From positions 5,376,001-5,440,000 of the forward strand of contig CBDCJO010000002.1 in the NCBI GenBank assembly GCA_965217865.1: a stretch of 64,000 bases of DNA, written 5' to 3'. The notes under the pieces are model-generated. The model saw only the letters and a list, made by a program, of their open reading frames with translations. It made no database searches and was not told the origin of the DNA. The position numbers and the translations under genes were made by a program. Within the stretch, counting starts at the first letter, position 1; each line of letters starts with the position of its first letter. Below are positions 18,859 to 28,650 of this stretch, piece by piece. The DNA comes from Candidatus Latescibacterota bacterium. Lineage in GTDB: Bacteria; Latescibacterota; UBA2968; SICM01.

Positions 18859-21164
18859 ATGCCCGATGATGCGAAAAATAAATTGGCAGGGATGATCGCC
18901 CTGAAACAGGATTCGGTGGTCAAATCTCCTCCCAAACCTGCAAAGCCCAAAGCCCCCCCGCCGCCCAGAGGGGCTGATAAAAATCGGTGCAGCCATGGGA
19001 AAAGTGACCAGGGTCCAAGGTTCGGGTTCTGTGAAGTCCGCGGCGCCCAGGTCCCTGGGTACCGGCGCTGCATCGGTCGGTTCGAAACCTGCGACACCTT
19101 CGGCCCCAACCAAGGCCAAGGTAAAGAAGAAAAAGGTCAAGGTTAAGAAGAAGGTCAAGGTTAAAAAGAAGAAAGCCCAAAAACCTCCTGGACCGGGTAT
19201 ATTAACCTTGGTGATGGGCAAGTTCAGCAGCTACGTTCAGGAAGAGGTCCCAGGAGATCAAACAGGAGATTAAGGCCAAAAATCTCTTCAAGCCTATCAA
19301 AGATGGATTTGGTTCGGTGCTGAAGGGGGCTTCCCACGTCAAGAAACAGATCTCGGGAGACATTTCCCTTGAGGATGATACCCTCGCAATCCCCAAAGGG
19401 ACCCAGCGTGCCGGCGGTTCGGGAGGACCCAACAGATCCAACCAGAATGAGGAGCTCCAAACCGTTGTCGACGAACAAAAGCAGACCGAAGAATTTGGAT
19501 CTGCTTTCGAGAAGCTGGGTTCTATGCGGCAGCGGGATTCCCGTAAAACCCCTGCGGCCGAAATAGCGGAAGCTGAAGCCAATGCTGAAACACCCGAATT
19601 GGAACCTTCAACGATCAGCTCGGAGGAGGTACCCACACCCGCTGGGTCCGGAGAGGCTGTCCCACTTGTGGACGATCCGGGGGGGGACTCGATCGGGGAG
19701 CCTCAAAGTGCGGATTCTGTCCCCCTTGCCCAAACGACCGAGGAAGACCAGATGGGGAAGGCCATGGAACAACTGGGTTCCATGGCGACCCGGGATGCGA
19801 AACGTCAGGAGAAGGAGCCTGAGCCAGCAGCCATGCTTCAGGAATCCCCACCGGATGTCCAAACTGAAACTTCAGCGGCCCCGCAGGAATCCGATTCAGA
19901 ACCGGCCCCTCCTTCGGGGGAACCCATGGGGGATGTTGCGTCGTCTGCGGTTCAGACCGAAACCGGTACAAGTGATGAGGCTCCACAATCTCAAAGGGAA
20001 GCGGTCCCACAGTCTTCAAGCGATAAGACCCCACCCGCACAACAACCTTCCCGGCAACCGGCTAAAACGATGAGGCGCAAGGGTGGAGCGGCCCCTCGGA
20101 AGTCAAATAAAACCGAACTATATATCAAATCCATAAAGTCGCTGCAGGTGCTGTTTGGAAATCAGATGTGGCGGGGTGTTATCGTAGATCCCGAACAGGA
20201 TCCAAAGCAGTTATATACGCCAAGGTCGGCCTTCGAAGAAAGGTTTGTAGAAGTCGAATTTCGGAACGCCATGAAGGCGGCAACCCGGGTTGTCGCGGGA
20301 TTCGGCGGTCAGATCCGAGAGCTGCGGTTCGATGAGCGCACGATAGCCGATGCGGTGGGTTTCCCATTTCCGAAGGTGGGTGGAATTGAGAACCCGGATG
20401 AACGCCAGATTGCGGAGAAGTGTGACAAGAAAATGTCGAAGCGGATCGAACAGTTCGCCACGTCCGACGAAGTCAAACGGCTGTTGATGCATACCGGGAG
20501 CCGGCTTGGCACCTTCGTCCCCGGCCTGGAGATTATCGCCCGGATCTATTTGGGTTTAAAAAAGGGGGGCGATATGGACCCCCAGGTCCGTGCGAACATC
20601 CAGAAAGATGTCGTATTCAAATACCAAAAGGCTTATTTTGCTGAGGACGCGGCTCGAAAAGCCCGCAATACTGCCCTTCGGTTCTTCTTCGAGCATCTTA
20701 TCGATTATGGTCTGGAGGTCTATAAGGAGCGGAAAACGACCATCCTCGAGACAAAAACCCAGGAGATGGATGTGGAAAACCGCCTGGAGAGTCTTCAGGA
20801 GGTGTGTGGGAATCTCGCGGCCGAAAGAGCCTCCAAAGCGGTGCTTTCCGCGGCTGTCATTGTGGAGTTAAGGGAACACATCAGGAGCGCGATCTCAGAT
20901 TTTGAGAAGGGGATTGATAGAACTGATTCGACCGATGGGATGATGTCTGAGGAGGAGGGGGAAGGGGAACATAAAAAAGGATCGGACGAACAAAAGATAG
21001 AAGGCACCCCGGAAAAGCTCGAGGCGAAGGCCGACGGGGCGATGTCCGGCGAGGGCGAGGAGGAGGAACCAGAGAACGGCCAAAAGCCGGAAGATGGGAC
21101 CGGAGAAACGGGAGAAGGTGTTTCCGCGGATGGTGTCGCGATGTCCGGGCAAGCTCAAACCTGA
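18859..21164 (+). CDS. Large hypothetical protein (Lys/Pro-rich N-terminus, acidic disordered linker, helical core) with two apparent frameshifts
   Basis: RBS aggag before 18859; ORFs 18859, 18995 and 19317 overlap in successive frames with continuous composition; KVKKKKVKVKKKVKVKKKK tract. Confidence 0.6.
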
Positions 21165-21173
21165 TCTGACACC

Positions 21174-21270
21174 TTGACTTCTCGGCCGAAATTTCCTACA
21201 TTCAATTTGTGATTTAGTCCAAGACGAGGGCCATCTGCCGCCGCGCAGATGGGTTTCGTCTTTTTGTTTT
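21174..21270 (+). promoter_or_regulatory. greA promoter followed by leader terminator-like hairpin
   Basis: TTGACT-17-TACATT (21174-21202); stem aagacgag..ccatctgc/gcagatgg..ttcgtctt (21221-21262) plus T-tract. Confidence 0.6.
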
Positions 21271-21328
21271 CGCCCGGGCGTTTGAAGAGGCCGACTATCC
21301 TTAATCATACATAAGGGGCATGGCATAG

Positions 21329-21805
21329 ATGTCTACACATAGTTTCATCACTCGAGAGGGTTATGAAAAGGTTGCCAAGGAGTTAAATCATTTCCAGGCC
21401 GTCGAACGACCGGCAGTGATAAAGGCCCTGACTCACGCCCGCAGCTTCGGAGACCTGTCCGAAAATGCCGAGTACGCCGCGGCCAAAGAGCGGCAGTTGC
21501 GGATCGAGTCAAAGATTAAGAACCTTTCGGAGAAGCTGGCCTCTTTGATGATTATCGATGAGTCCATGATGCCGGAAGGCAAGGCCTATCTGGGGACTGT
21601 TGTGAAACTCAAAGACAACAAGACAGGGGAAGAAATCACTTATCGCCTTGTATCCACTGTGGAAGCCGATTTCAACGAGAACAAAATTTCAACAGAATCT
21701 CCCGTGGGCAATGCCCTGCTGGGTAAAATGGCGGGAGAGACCGTTGAGATCACCGTACCTGCTGGGAAGCTGTCATATGAAATCCTGGATATATCAAGGG
21801 AATAG
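21329..21805 (+). CDS. greA: Transcription elongation factor GreA
   Basis: ARSFGDLSENAEYAAAKE, ISTESPVGNALLGK. Confidence 0.96.
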   Translation: MSTHSFITREGYEKVAKELNHFQAVERPAVIKALTHARSFGDLSENAEYAAAKERQLRIESKIKNLSEKLASLMIIDESMMPEGKAYLGTVVKLKDNKTGEEITYRLVSTVEADFNENKISTESPVGNALLGKMAGETVEITVPAGKLSYEILDISRE

Positions 21806-22125
21806 GATTCTTTTCCGCGCTTAGAACCAACCCAGCGATAGGTGAGGCTCGCCAGAATTTCAATTGCAATAATCACAAATACTTATCTTCCTTATCGGAA
21901 GGGGCAAGCCCTTTTTTTTTTACTCAATATCCCCTTTATACCCAAAGGACTTGACATCGATCTCCTTTAAGTTTATCTTGGATCTTGTTTTAGAATACCT
22001 TTATCCCTTTTGTGTTCGAATATTCCCTTTAAAGTGTTAAGCGACAACGTGTTTTATTAGATCCGGAATGTAGACCGCCCCTATTTCACAACATCGTGGA
22101 AATGGATTCATAAGGGGAGTTCAAA

Positions 22126-23124
22126 ATGGCAAAACCGTCGCTCCAAGAGATTGAAATCGCCCCGGATATTAAGGGGATCAGATTCGATATAAACCCATTC
22201 TCGCTCTGCATCGCCCCTTCCCTGGGCGGAAAAATAACCTCCTTGATCTACAAAAAAACCGGAAAGGAATTTTTATCCAGGACGAGAACAGACTATAAGA
22301 CAAGGGACTATGACGGAAATTTCAAGGATTATGAGAGAGATGGGGCCGATGAGTGTTTTCCGGCAGTGGAAGCCGGTGCGTACCCGACATATCCTTGGAA
22401 AGGGACACATGTGCCGGATCACGGTGAAGTCTGGACGCTCCCGTGGGAATATCAGTTAAAACAGAACCGCCTCCACATGTCGGTACAGGGAGTGCGATTC
22501 CCCTACATTCTGGAACGAAAGATCTCCTGTGAAGAACTTGCTCGAAAGAGCGCCCCTTATCTCCGGCTATCATATACGCTTCGGAACCTCAGTCCTTATC
22601 CGTTTTCTTTCATCTATGCCTTCCATCCCCTGTTTCAAGTTCAATCCGGCTGTCAGATCGTGTTGCCGGATGACACCAAAGTCGTAAACTATTGGAGCAC
22701 GGAGGATCGGCTGGGCCGTCCCATGCAGGAGCAGCCGTGGCCGGATGTGAGGGACGTGACCCTCGACAAAAATTATCAACGTAACATCATCCGCTCTTCC
22801 AGACTCAAACGGGCAGAGAAGCTGTTTACGACCCGGCTCAACCAGGGCCGTTGTGCCTTACGATATCCAAGCGGCGAATTTATCGGATTCCTTTTCCCAG
22901 CGGGGAAACTTCCTTATCTCGGCATCTGGATCAATGAGGGGGCCTGGGAAAATCTCTACCACGTGTCCCTGCAACCGAGCACATCACAGGTGGATCGGTT
23001 GGACATCGCAGAAGGATTAAAGAACTGCGGTGTGGTTCCCCCCAAAGGGACGACCGAATGGGACATCAGTGTTATCATCGGGCAAGGGGCGGAGGAGATG
23101 GAGGATATGCTAGGTTTGTTCTAA
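22126..23124 (+). CDS. Galactose mutarotase-like / aldose epimerase-fold protein (DUF5107-like)
   Basis: LGGKITSL, GADECFP, PDHGEVW, YAFHPLF, PYLGIWINEG; TTGACA-17-TATCTT promoter near 21951. Confidence 0.7.
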   Translation: MAKPSLQEIEIAPDIKGIRFDINPFSLCIAPSLGGKITSLIYKKTGKEFLSRTRTDYKTRDYDGNFKDYERDGADECFPAVEAGAYPTYPWKGTHVPDHGEVWTLPWEYQLKQNRLHMSVQGVRFPYILERKISCEELARKSAPYLRLSYTLRNLSPYPFSFIYAFHPLFQVQSGCQIVLPDDTKVVNYWSTEDRLGRPMQEQPWPDVRDVTLDKNYQRNIIRSSRLKRAEKLFTTRLNQGRCALRYPSGEFIGFLFPAGKLPYLGIWINEGAWENLYHVSLQPSTSQVDRLDIAEGLKNCGVVPPKGTTEWDISVIIGQGAEEMEDMLGLF

Positions 23125-23379
23125 ATGATCTCCTTTCCGCAGTCCGTGCCGTGTCTTCGAAAGCTCATCGCATCTGCGCAGGAACTTAATCCGCACCCCT
23201 TAGACCATATTCCCTGTTCCAAATAAAGCGCCTTAAGACAACCGTCCCGGATGGCCTTGGAAGGGAAAGCACTTTGTCCGGTGGTGTATAGAACTTATAA
23301 AGAACATTTCCATGCATTATTTATTATGAATGTCCCTCTCTGATCAGGAATCGTATTCTAAGAAAGGCGGTGATTATCT

Positions 23380-23550
23380 GTGGCACAGCCTACAACAAAA
23401 AATCCCAAAGAGATCACCCTTTACATTCGGGTCGATTCTGGGCTCAAAAAACACCTTGAAAGGAAAGCGGACGAAATCGGGTTAAAGGTGTCCAGCTATG
23501 CCCGTATGAAGCTTGTGGAGGTTTCCGGTTATAAGAAAAACACCCTGTGA
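23380..23550 (+). CDS. Small ribbon-helix-helix DNA-binding protein (56 aa, not in ORF track)
   Basis: GTG start after aaggcggtg; MAQPTTKNPKEITLYIRVDSGLKKHLERKADEIGLKVSSYARMKLVEVSGYKKNTL. Confidence 0.7.
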   Translation: MAQPTTKNPKEITLYIRVDSGLKKHLERKADEIGLKVSSYARMKLVEVSGYKKNTL

Positions 23551-23581
23551 CGTTGGGCCTTATAAGGTGAAGGATGTATTC

Positions 23582-25093
23582 ATGGACAATAAGCAAATAA
23601 AGGCGCCAAAGCCGGTGGTTTTAAGAACGAAAGTAATCCTTCTGTTTTCTCTCGCGGGGTTTCTGTCGTTTGCGTGTGGTGCGAAAGTGGATTCAGAAAC
23701 CGCTTTTCAGCAGGCCATATCCGCTATAAGAAGCATCGCAGGTGATCCTCTTCACCCGAACGCGCAGGGACAGGCTGTCGAAGCTCTCGGAATCCTTAAA
23801 GACACATCGGATCTGCCCCGGTTGGGGGATGTTCTCAGGCACGGCCGTGACGATCTCTCCTTCAAGGCCGCAAAGGCAATCGGCCAGATCGGAGGGTCTG
23901 AGGCGATTGACCTGCTTAAAGGGGTGAAAGACAGTCTCAATAATCCTATGGTCAGGGCACAGGTCCTGGTCAGCCTTCATAAACTGGGCGATAACCTTGC
24001 GGTCGAAGAGCTCAAAACCGGGTCAACTACAAAAGATCCGATGTGGAAGTCCAGCGCCATATCCGCCCTCGGAAAAGTGGGGTACATCCCGGCTGTCGAC
24101 CATTTTGTCGAGATCCTCCGGAAGGATGAGAACTTTCTGCTCAGGTCAAGCGCAGCCACCGCACTGGGCCGATTGCGGGCTGAATCCGCCACGCGAGCTC
24201 TTGCGGAAGCCGTACGGAAGGACAAGGAGGAGATCGTCTGCGTAGCGAGCGTCGGGGCCCTTGCCCGGATCGGGACTCCTGCAGCGATATCGGCTCTCGA
24301 AGACGCCCTTGTCGAAGATCCAAACTTTCAGATACGGAGCAGCATCATCGACAATCTCGAAAAGCTCAAGGGGGGACAAAGGATTTTCCCCATGGTCCGT
24401 TCGAGGTTTGCCAAAAGGGGAGATAAGTTCGATCGCTACCTCGCTGCGGAAGCCATTGGACGACTCGGCGACAAGGAGGCCATTCCGCTTTTGAAAAGCG
24501 TCCTCCGAGCGGACCCCAGTCCGGAGATTAAGCTAATCGCCGCTCAGGCACTGGTCCGTCTGGAAGGGTCTTCATCGGCATTTGCCAGAATAGAAAACAT
24601 CCTCACGGAGGACAATAAAAAGGCCTTACGGGTCCGGGCGGCAGAAATTCTTTCGGATTATCCTGAACCTTCGACTTTGCTTCTGTTCAAACGTTTGGTC
24701 ACGAAAGACAGGGAATCGGATGTCCGGGTGGCCGCTGCGCAGGCTCTCGGACGGATCGGGGTCCCGGGTGGGATCGTAGCTCTTGAGATCGCCCTAAAGT
24801 ATGATACACACGAACTGGTCCGCATGACTGCGGTGGGGGCGCTCGGGTCGATATCTCACGACAAAGCCGAAGCCCTCGTCGCAGAGGCGCTCCTGGACTT
24901 GAGTCAGACGGTGGAAGTCCGTGCTGCGGCTGCGCGTGCGCTCCGAACCAGATCGAGTTCGGATGCCATTGGACCGCTCTTTGAGGCGCTTAAGGACCCG
25001 GACCCGTTCGTCCGTCTGGAGGCGGCAATCGGAGTGATCAGGCTGACAAAAGGGATAGAAATAGGCGGGAAAATTGAGGACCCAGAGGTTTGA
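23582..25093 (+). CDS. HEAT-repeat (PBS lyase-like) putative lipoprotein
   Basis: Signal with LSFAC lipobox-like motif; many VRxxAAxALG repeats. Confidence 0.8.
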   Translation: MDNKQIKAPKPVVLRTKVILLFSLAGFLSFACGAKVDSETAFQQAISAIRSIAGDPLHPNAQGQAVEALGILKDTSDLPRLGDVLRHGRDDLSFKAAKAIGQIGGSEAIDLLKGVKDSLNNPMVRAQVLVSLHKLGDNLAVEELKTGSTTKDPMWKSSAISALGKVGYIPAVDHFVEILRKDENFLLRSSAATALGRLRAESATRALAEAVRKDKEEIVCVASVGALARIGTPAAISALEDALVEDPNFQIRSSIIDNLEKLKGGQRIFPMVRSRFAKRGDKFDRYLAAEAIGRLGDKEAIPLLKSVLRADPSPEIKLIAAQALVRLEGSSSAFARIENILTEDNKKALRVRAAEILSDYPEPSTLLLFKRLVTKDRESDVRVAAAQALGRIGVPGGIVALEIALKYDTHELVRMTAVGALGSISHDKAEALVAEALLDLSQTVEVRAAAARALRTRSSSDAIGPLFEALKDPDPFVRLEAAIGVIRLTKGIEIGGKIEDPEV

Positions 25094-25099
25094 GCGGGA

Positions 25100-26018
25100 T
25101 TATGGAATCAGGGTAAAGGCCCTGGCGGCCAGTATATTGGCCTGTGCGAAGATGGCCAGCCCGGATTGAGAGAGGATCTGATCTCGCGTAAATCTGGAAA
25201 CCTCTTCCGCAAAATCCGCATCCCGGATGGCAGATTCGGTGGCCTGATTGTTCTCCAGGGCCTGACCGTTGACCTGAATGTTGAACGTCAGCCGATTCTG
25301 TATCGCCCCAAGGCTTCCCCGCTCGGAGGAAACCCGGTTGATGGCGGAATCGATGGAACTGATCGCTCCCTGAGATGCGGATTGAGAAGCGACATTTGTG
25401 GATCCCAGATTTAATACGGTTCCAGAGGTTCTGAGAGACCGTCCCGTTCCCAAGGGTGACCAGATTGTCCGCTGAAGATGTGTCGATAAAGGTGTAGGTG
25501 CCCACGGTGGCACCGGAAACTTGGGCCCCGGTGACCCCCGTCGTTGCGGATACAAGGACCGTGGACGCGGTTGTACTTTCGCTGATGGTGTTTCCGAATC
25601 CGGTGAGGAGGGTCGTGTCGTTATAGCTTGTGACGCTGGCGATGCGGTCGATCTCCTGGGATAACTGACTGAATTCAGAATTAAGGGATTGGCGGTTGTT
25701 GTCTGAGATGGTGGAAGAGGCCGACTGGACCGCGAGTTCCCGCATTCGGATGAGTATACCATTGACCTCGTTGAGGCCTCCCTCAGCGGTCTGAACCAGA
25801 TTGATGGCCTGCTCCGCGTTGCGGATCCCCTGCGCGAACCCGTTCACCTGTCCACGGATCCGTTCGGAGATGGCAAGGCCTGCGGCATCATCCGCGGCGC
25901 GGTTCAGCCGGAGACCTGAGGCGAGACGTTCGATTCGCCTGGTCAGATCCGAGTTGGTCAATCGCAGGTGGCGTTGCGTATTGATCGCAATGATGTTGTT
26001 GTTGATTCGGAGTGGCAT
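25100..26018 (-). pseudogene. fliC: Flagellin with internal deletion and frameshift
   Basis: MPLRINNN, RLASGLRLNRAADDAAGLAIS, QTAEGGL; C-terminus RGSLGAIQNRL...IRDADFAEE in another frame; junction near 25430. Confidence 0.88.
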
Positions 26019-26094
26019 AACGCTAAACAGGAAACATCCAGGGGCCGAGAAAAACCCGAGTGGCAGATTCGGGTGTTTGCCGGGACTACGACTA

Positions 26095-26122
26095 ATATCG
26101 GCATTCCTTGAGCAAAAATTCA
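26095..26122 (-). promoter_or_regulatory. Sigma28-like promoter of flagellin
   Basis: Minus strand TGAA-N16-GCCGATAT. Confidence 0.6.
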
Positions 26123-26245
26123 ATAAAAAAACTAAAGATATTATAACCTATTGATTATTAGTGTGTAACAAGGATAAAGCCTCTCCCGGACGGATGTCTG
26201 AAATCCCGTAAATCATCATATCCTGATTACTGTCAAGGATTTGTA

Positions 26246-27244
26246 ATGGCTTCGATACTGGTGATCGACGTAAACCCCCGTAACCGGAAACAGGTCGAAG
26301 GCATATTGCGGCTTCGGACGAACCACACGGTTTCCATGGCCGAAGACGGCATTCAGGCCTTCGAACGGCTGGAGAAGGATGGCCTGCCGGATCTGATCAT
26401 GATGGATCTTTTCTTGCCGCGGATCAACGGATTTCACGTGTATAAGGTTCTCAAAGAGAAAGAGGCCACGGCCGGCATTCCGATCATTCTTTCAACCTCC
26501 GTCGACCTGGATCCCGTAACCGAAGCGAGGGTGGGGCAGCTTAAACTGGACGGCCGGGTGCAAATGCCCGTGAGCGCATCGGAAATCGTCGAGTTGATAT
26601 CGTTGGTCCTCATTCGTAAGAAGGAAGTCAAGGAGATCCAGAAGGAACCGATCGATGGCGGACCCGAGGGGGTGTCCAGGGTGATCTGGCCACGGGTAGA
26701 ACGTCCGGATCCGACACCTCTGGAGAAATATCGATCGGAGATTCCGGAGGCAGAAAAAAAGGAGGTCAGGCAGGTCGTGTGGCCCAAAGCGGGGTCGAGA
26801 GGGGATCCGGGGGTGCGCGGTCAGGATGCCCCTCTTACCGGGGAAAAGGACAGGAATCCATTCCAACCATCAACCCCTTTGTCCGGTCGTGATCTTCGGG
26901 CACAGTTGGCCAAACAAGCGACTCAAAAACCGGGTTTGGATCCGGGCGATAAACCATTTGGGTCAACCGACAATGAGATTAAAAAACGGAGGGTGAAACG
27001 GGGCGGTCGGGGTCCCTCCCCCGATAAGGATCAGGAGAAAAACGCGATACAATCAGAACGTGCCAAGGCCTTGCTCAAGTTGGCCAAGTCCGGAAAACCC
27101 AGTGTTCGGGATGCAAAACAATTTCAGCCCTTTCCAATGGTCCAGGCAGACCCGGACAAAGTCGTCAATTTCACGAAAAAGGGGGAAAAGGAGGGGGAAA
27201 AAGGAGAAGGTCCCGAGAAGGGAGATAAGGGGGCTCGTCGCTGA
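26246..27244 (+). CDS. Response regulator receiver domain with long low-complexity C-terminal tail
   Basis: ILVID, PDLIMMDLFLPRINGF, TAGIPIIL; basic/Pro-rich tail. Confidence 0.75.
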   Translation: MASILVIDVNPRNRKQVEGILRLRTNHTVSMAEDGIQAFERLEKDGLPDLIMMDLFLPRINGFHVYKVLKEKEATAGIPIILSTSVDLDPVTEARVGQLKLDGRVQMPVSASEIVELISLVLIRKKEVKEIQKEPIDGGPEGVSRVIWPRVERPDPTPLEKYRSEIPEAEKKEVRQVVWPKAGSRGDPGVRGQDAPLTGEKDRNPFQPSTPLSGRDLRAQLAKQATQKPGLDPGDKPFGSTDNEIKKRRVKRGGRGPSPDKDQEKNAIQSERAKALLKLAKSGKPSVRDAKQFQPFPMVQADPDKVVNFTKKGEKEGEKGEGPEKGDKGARR

Positions 27245-27246
27245 AG

Positions 27247-28650
27247 ATGAACATAGAAACCGTTAAGACCGTGAGACATTCTTTGGAAGGCCTGAGGGTC
27301 AAGGCCGTGGATCCGTCCGGGATCGGCGCTTCGGTCGGTATTCTCCCTGGGGATATGGTCGAACAGATCAACGGGGAGGACCTGCGGGACCCGATCGATT
27401 ACCGGTTCCAGATCAGCGATGAGGTTCTACACCTGAGGGGCCGCCGGGGAACTGAGACCTGGGTCGCTGAGATCGAGAAAGATTTCGATGAGGATCTCGG
27501 GATCGTTTTTGAAGACATGGACATCCTGAAGTGCGATAATGCCTGTGTGTTCTGTTTTCTTCACCAGATGCCCAAGGGCATGAGGCGTTCTTTATATTAC
27601 CAGGATGACGATTATCGTCTATCGTTTTTACACGGGGCCTATGTCACCCTGACCAACCTTTCGGAGCCGGAGTTTAATCGGATTATCGACCAGCGGCTCA
27701 GCCCGATATACATCTCCGTTCACGCAACGCAACCCGATCTCCGTGGTAGGCTTTTGGGACGAAGGGGATCGGACGATGTTCTCCCGAGGATCGAACGGCT
27801 CGCTTCAAAGGGGATTCAGATCCATACCCAAGTGGTTCTTTGCCCGGGCTTGAACGACGGCGACCATCTCAAACAGACCGTCTTCGACCTTGCCCGGTGG
27901 CATCCCCACGTCGCTTCGGTCGGGATCGTCCCGGTCGGCCTCACCCGTTATCGGAAAAATCTTCCCCGACTTGAACCGGTAACACCTTCATTGGCAAACC
28001 AATATATTTCGGTCGCAAAAGAGTGGCAAGGCAGTTTTCGCAGGCGCCTGGGGACTAACTTTGTCTACATGAGCGATGAGTTCTTCCTCATGTCCGGATC
28101 GGAAATCCCCTCAGGCGACCATTACGATGACTTCCCCCTCGTGGAAAACGGTGTGGGCATGGTCCGTCGGTTTCTGGACCGGTTCGGAAAACGGGTCGAG
28201 GGGCTTTCCGGTTTTCCAAGACCCGTTCACCTTTCAGCCGTGACGGGTATCCTGGGAGGTGGATTTATGGAGGGCATGATATCCCGTCTGAATCAGGTCC
28301 CGGGGCTCGAAGTGAAACTTATTGTAGTCCGAAACCGATTCTTCGGAGATGGCATAACGGTCTCGGGGCTTCTCACGGGGAACGATGTCGGGGAGGCCTT
28401 GAAGGGTTGTCCACGGGATGGGGTGGTCCTCCTTCCACCTAATTGTGTCAGCGATGAAGGCGTTTTCCTCGACGGCCACACCCCGGCCGATCTTGAAAGG
28501 GACCTTAATATGGAATTGGTGGTGGGGGAATACGACCTGATCGCGAGCGTTGAAAAGGCCCTTGGGGAGGGGAGGCCGGATGTGAGACACGGAGGTAAGG
28601 GTCGGCGTCCGGGGTATCATCCTTACATAAGTCCCGATCAACATGCATAA
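27247..28650 (+). CDS. DUF512 PDZ/radical SAM-like protein
   Basis: CDNACVFCFLHQMPKGMRRSLY, DDDYRLSF, VPVGLT, ENGVG, FFGDGITVSGLLTG. Confidence 0.88.
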   Translation: MNIETVKTVRHSLEGLRVKAVDPSGIGASVGILPGDMVEQINGEDLRDPIDYRFQISDEVLHLRGRRGTETWVAEIEKDFDEDLGIVFEDMDILKCDNACVFCFLHQMPKGMRRSLYYQDDDYRLSFLHGAYVTLTNLSEPEFNRIIDQRLSPIYISVHATQPDLRGRLLGRRGSDDVLPRIERLASKGIQIHTQVVLCPGLNDGDHLKQTVFDLARWHPHVASVGIVPVGLTRYRKNLPRLEPVTPSLANQYISVAKEWQGSFRRRLGTNFVYMSDEFFLMSGSEIPSGDHYDDFPLVENGVGMVRRFLDRFGKRVEGLSGFPRPVHLSAVTGILGGGFMEGMISRLNQVPGLEVKLIVVRNRFFGDGITVSGLLTGNDVGEALKGCPRDGVVLLPPNCVSDEGVFLDGHTPADLERDLNMELVVGEYDLIASVEKALGEGRPDVRHGGKGRRPGYHPYISPDQHA

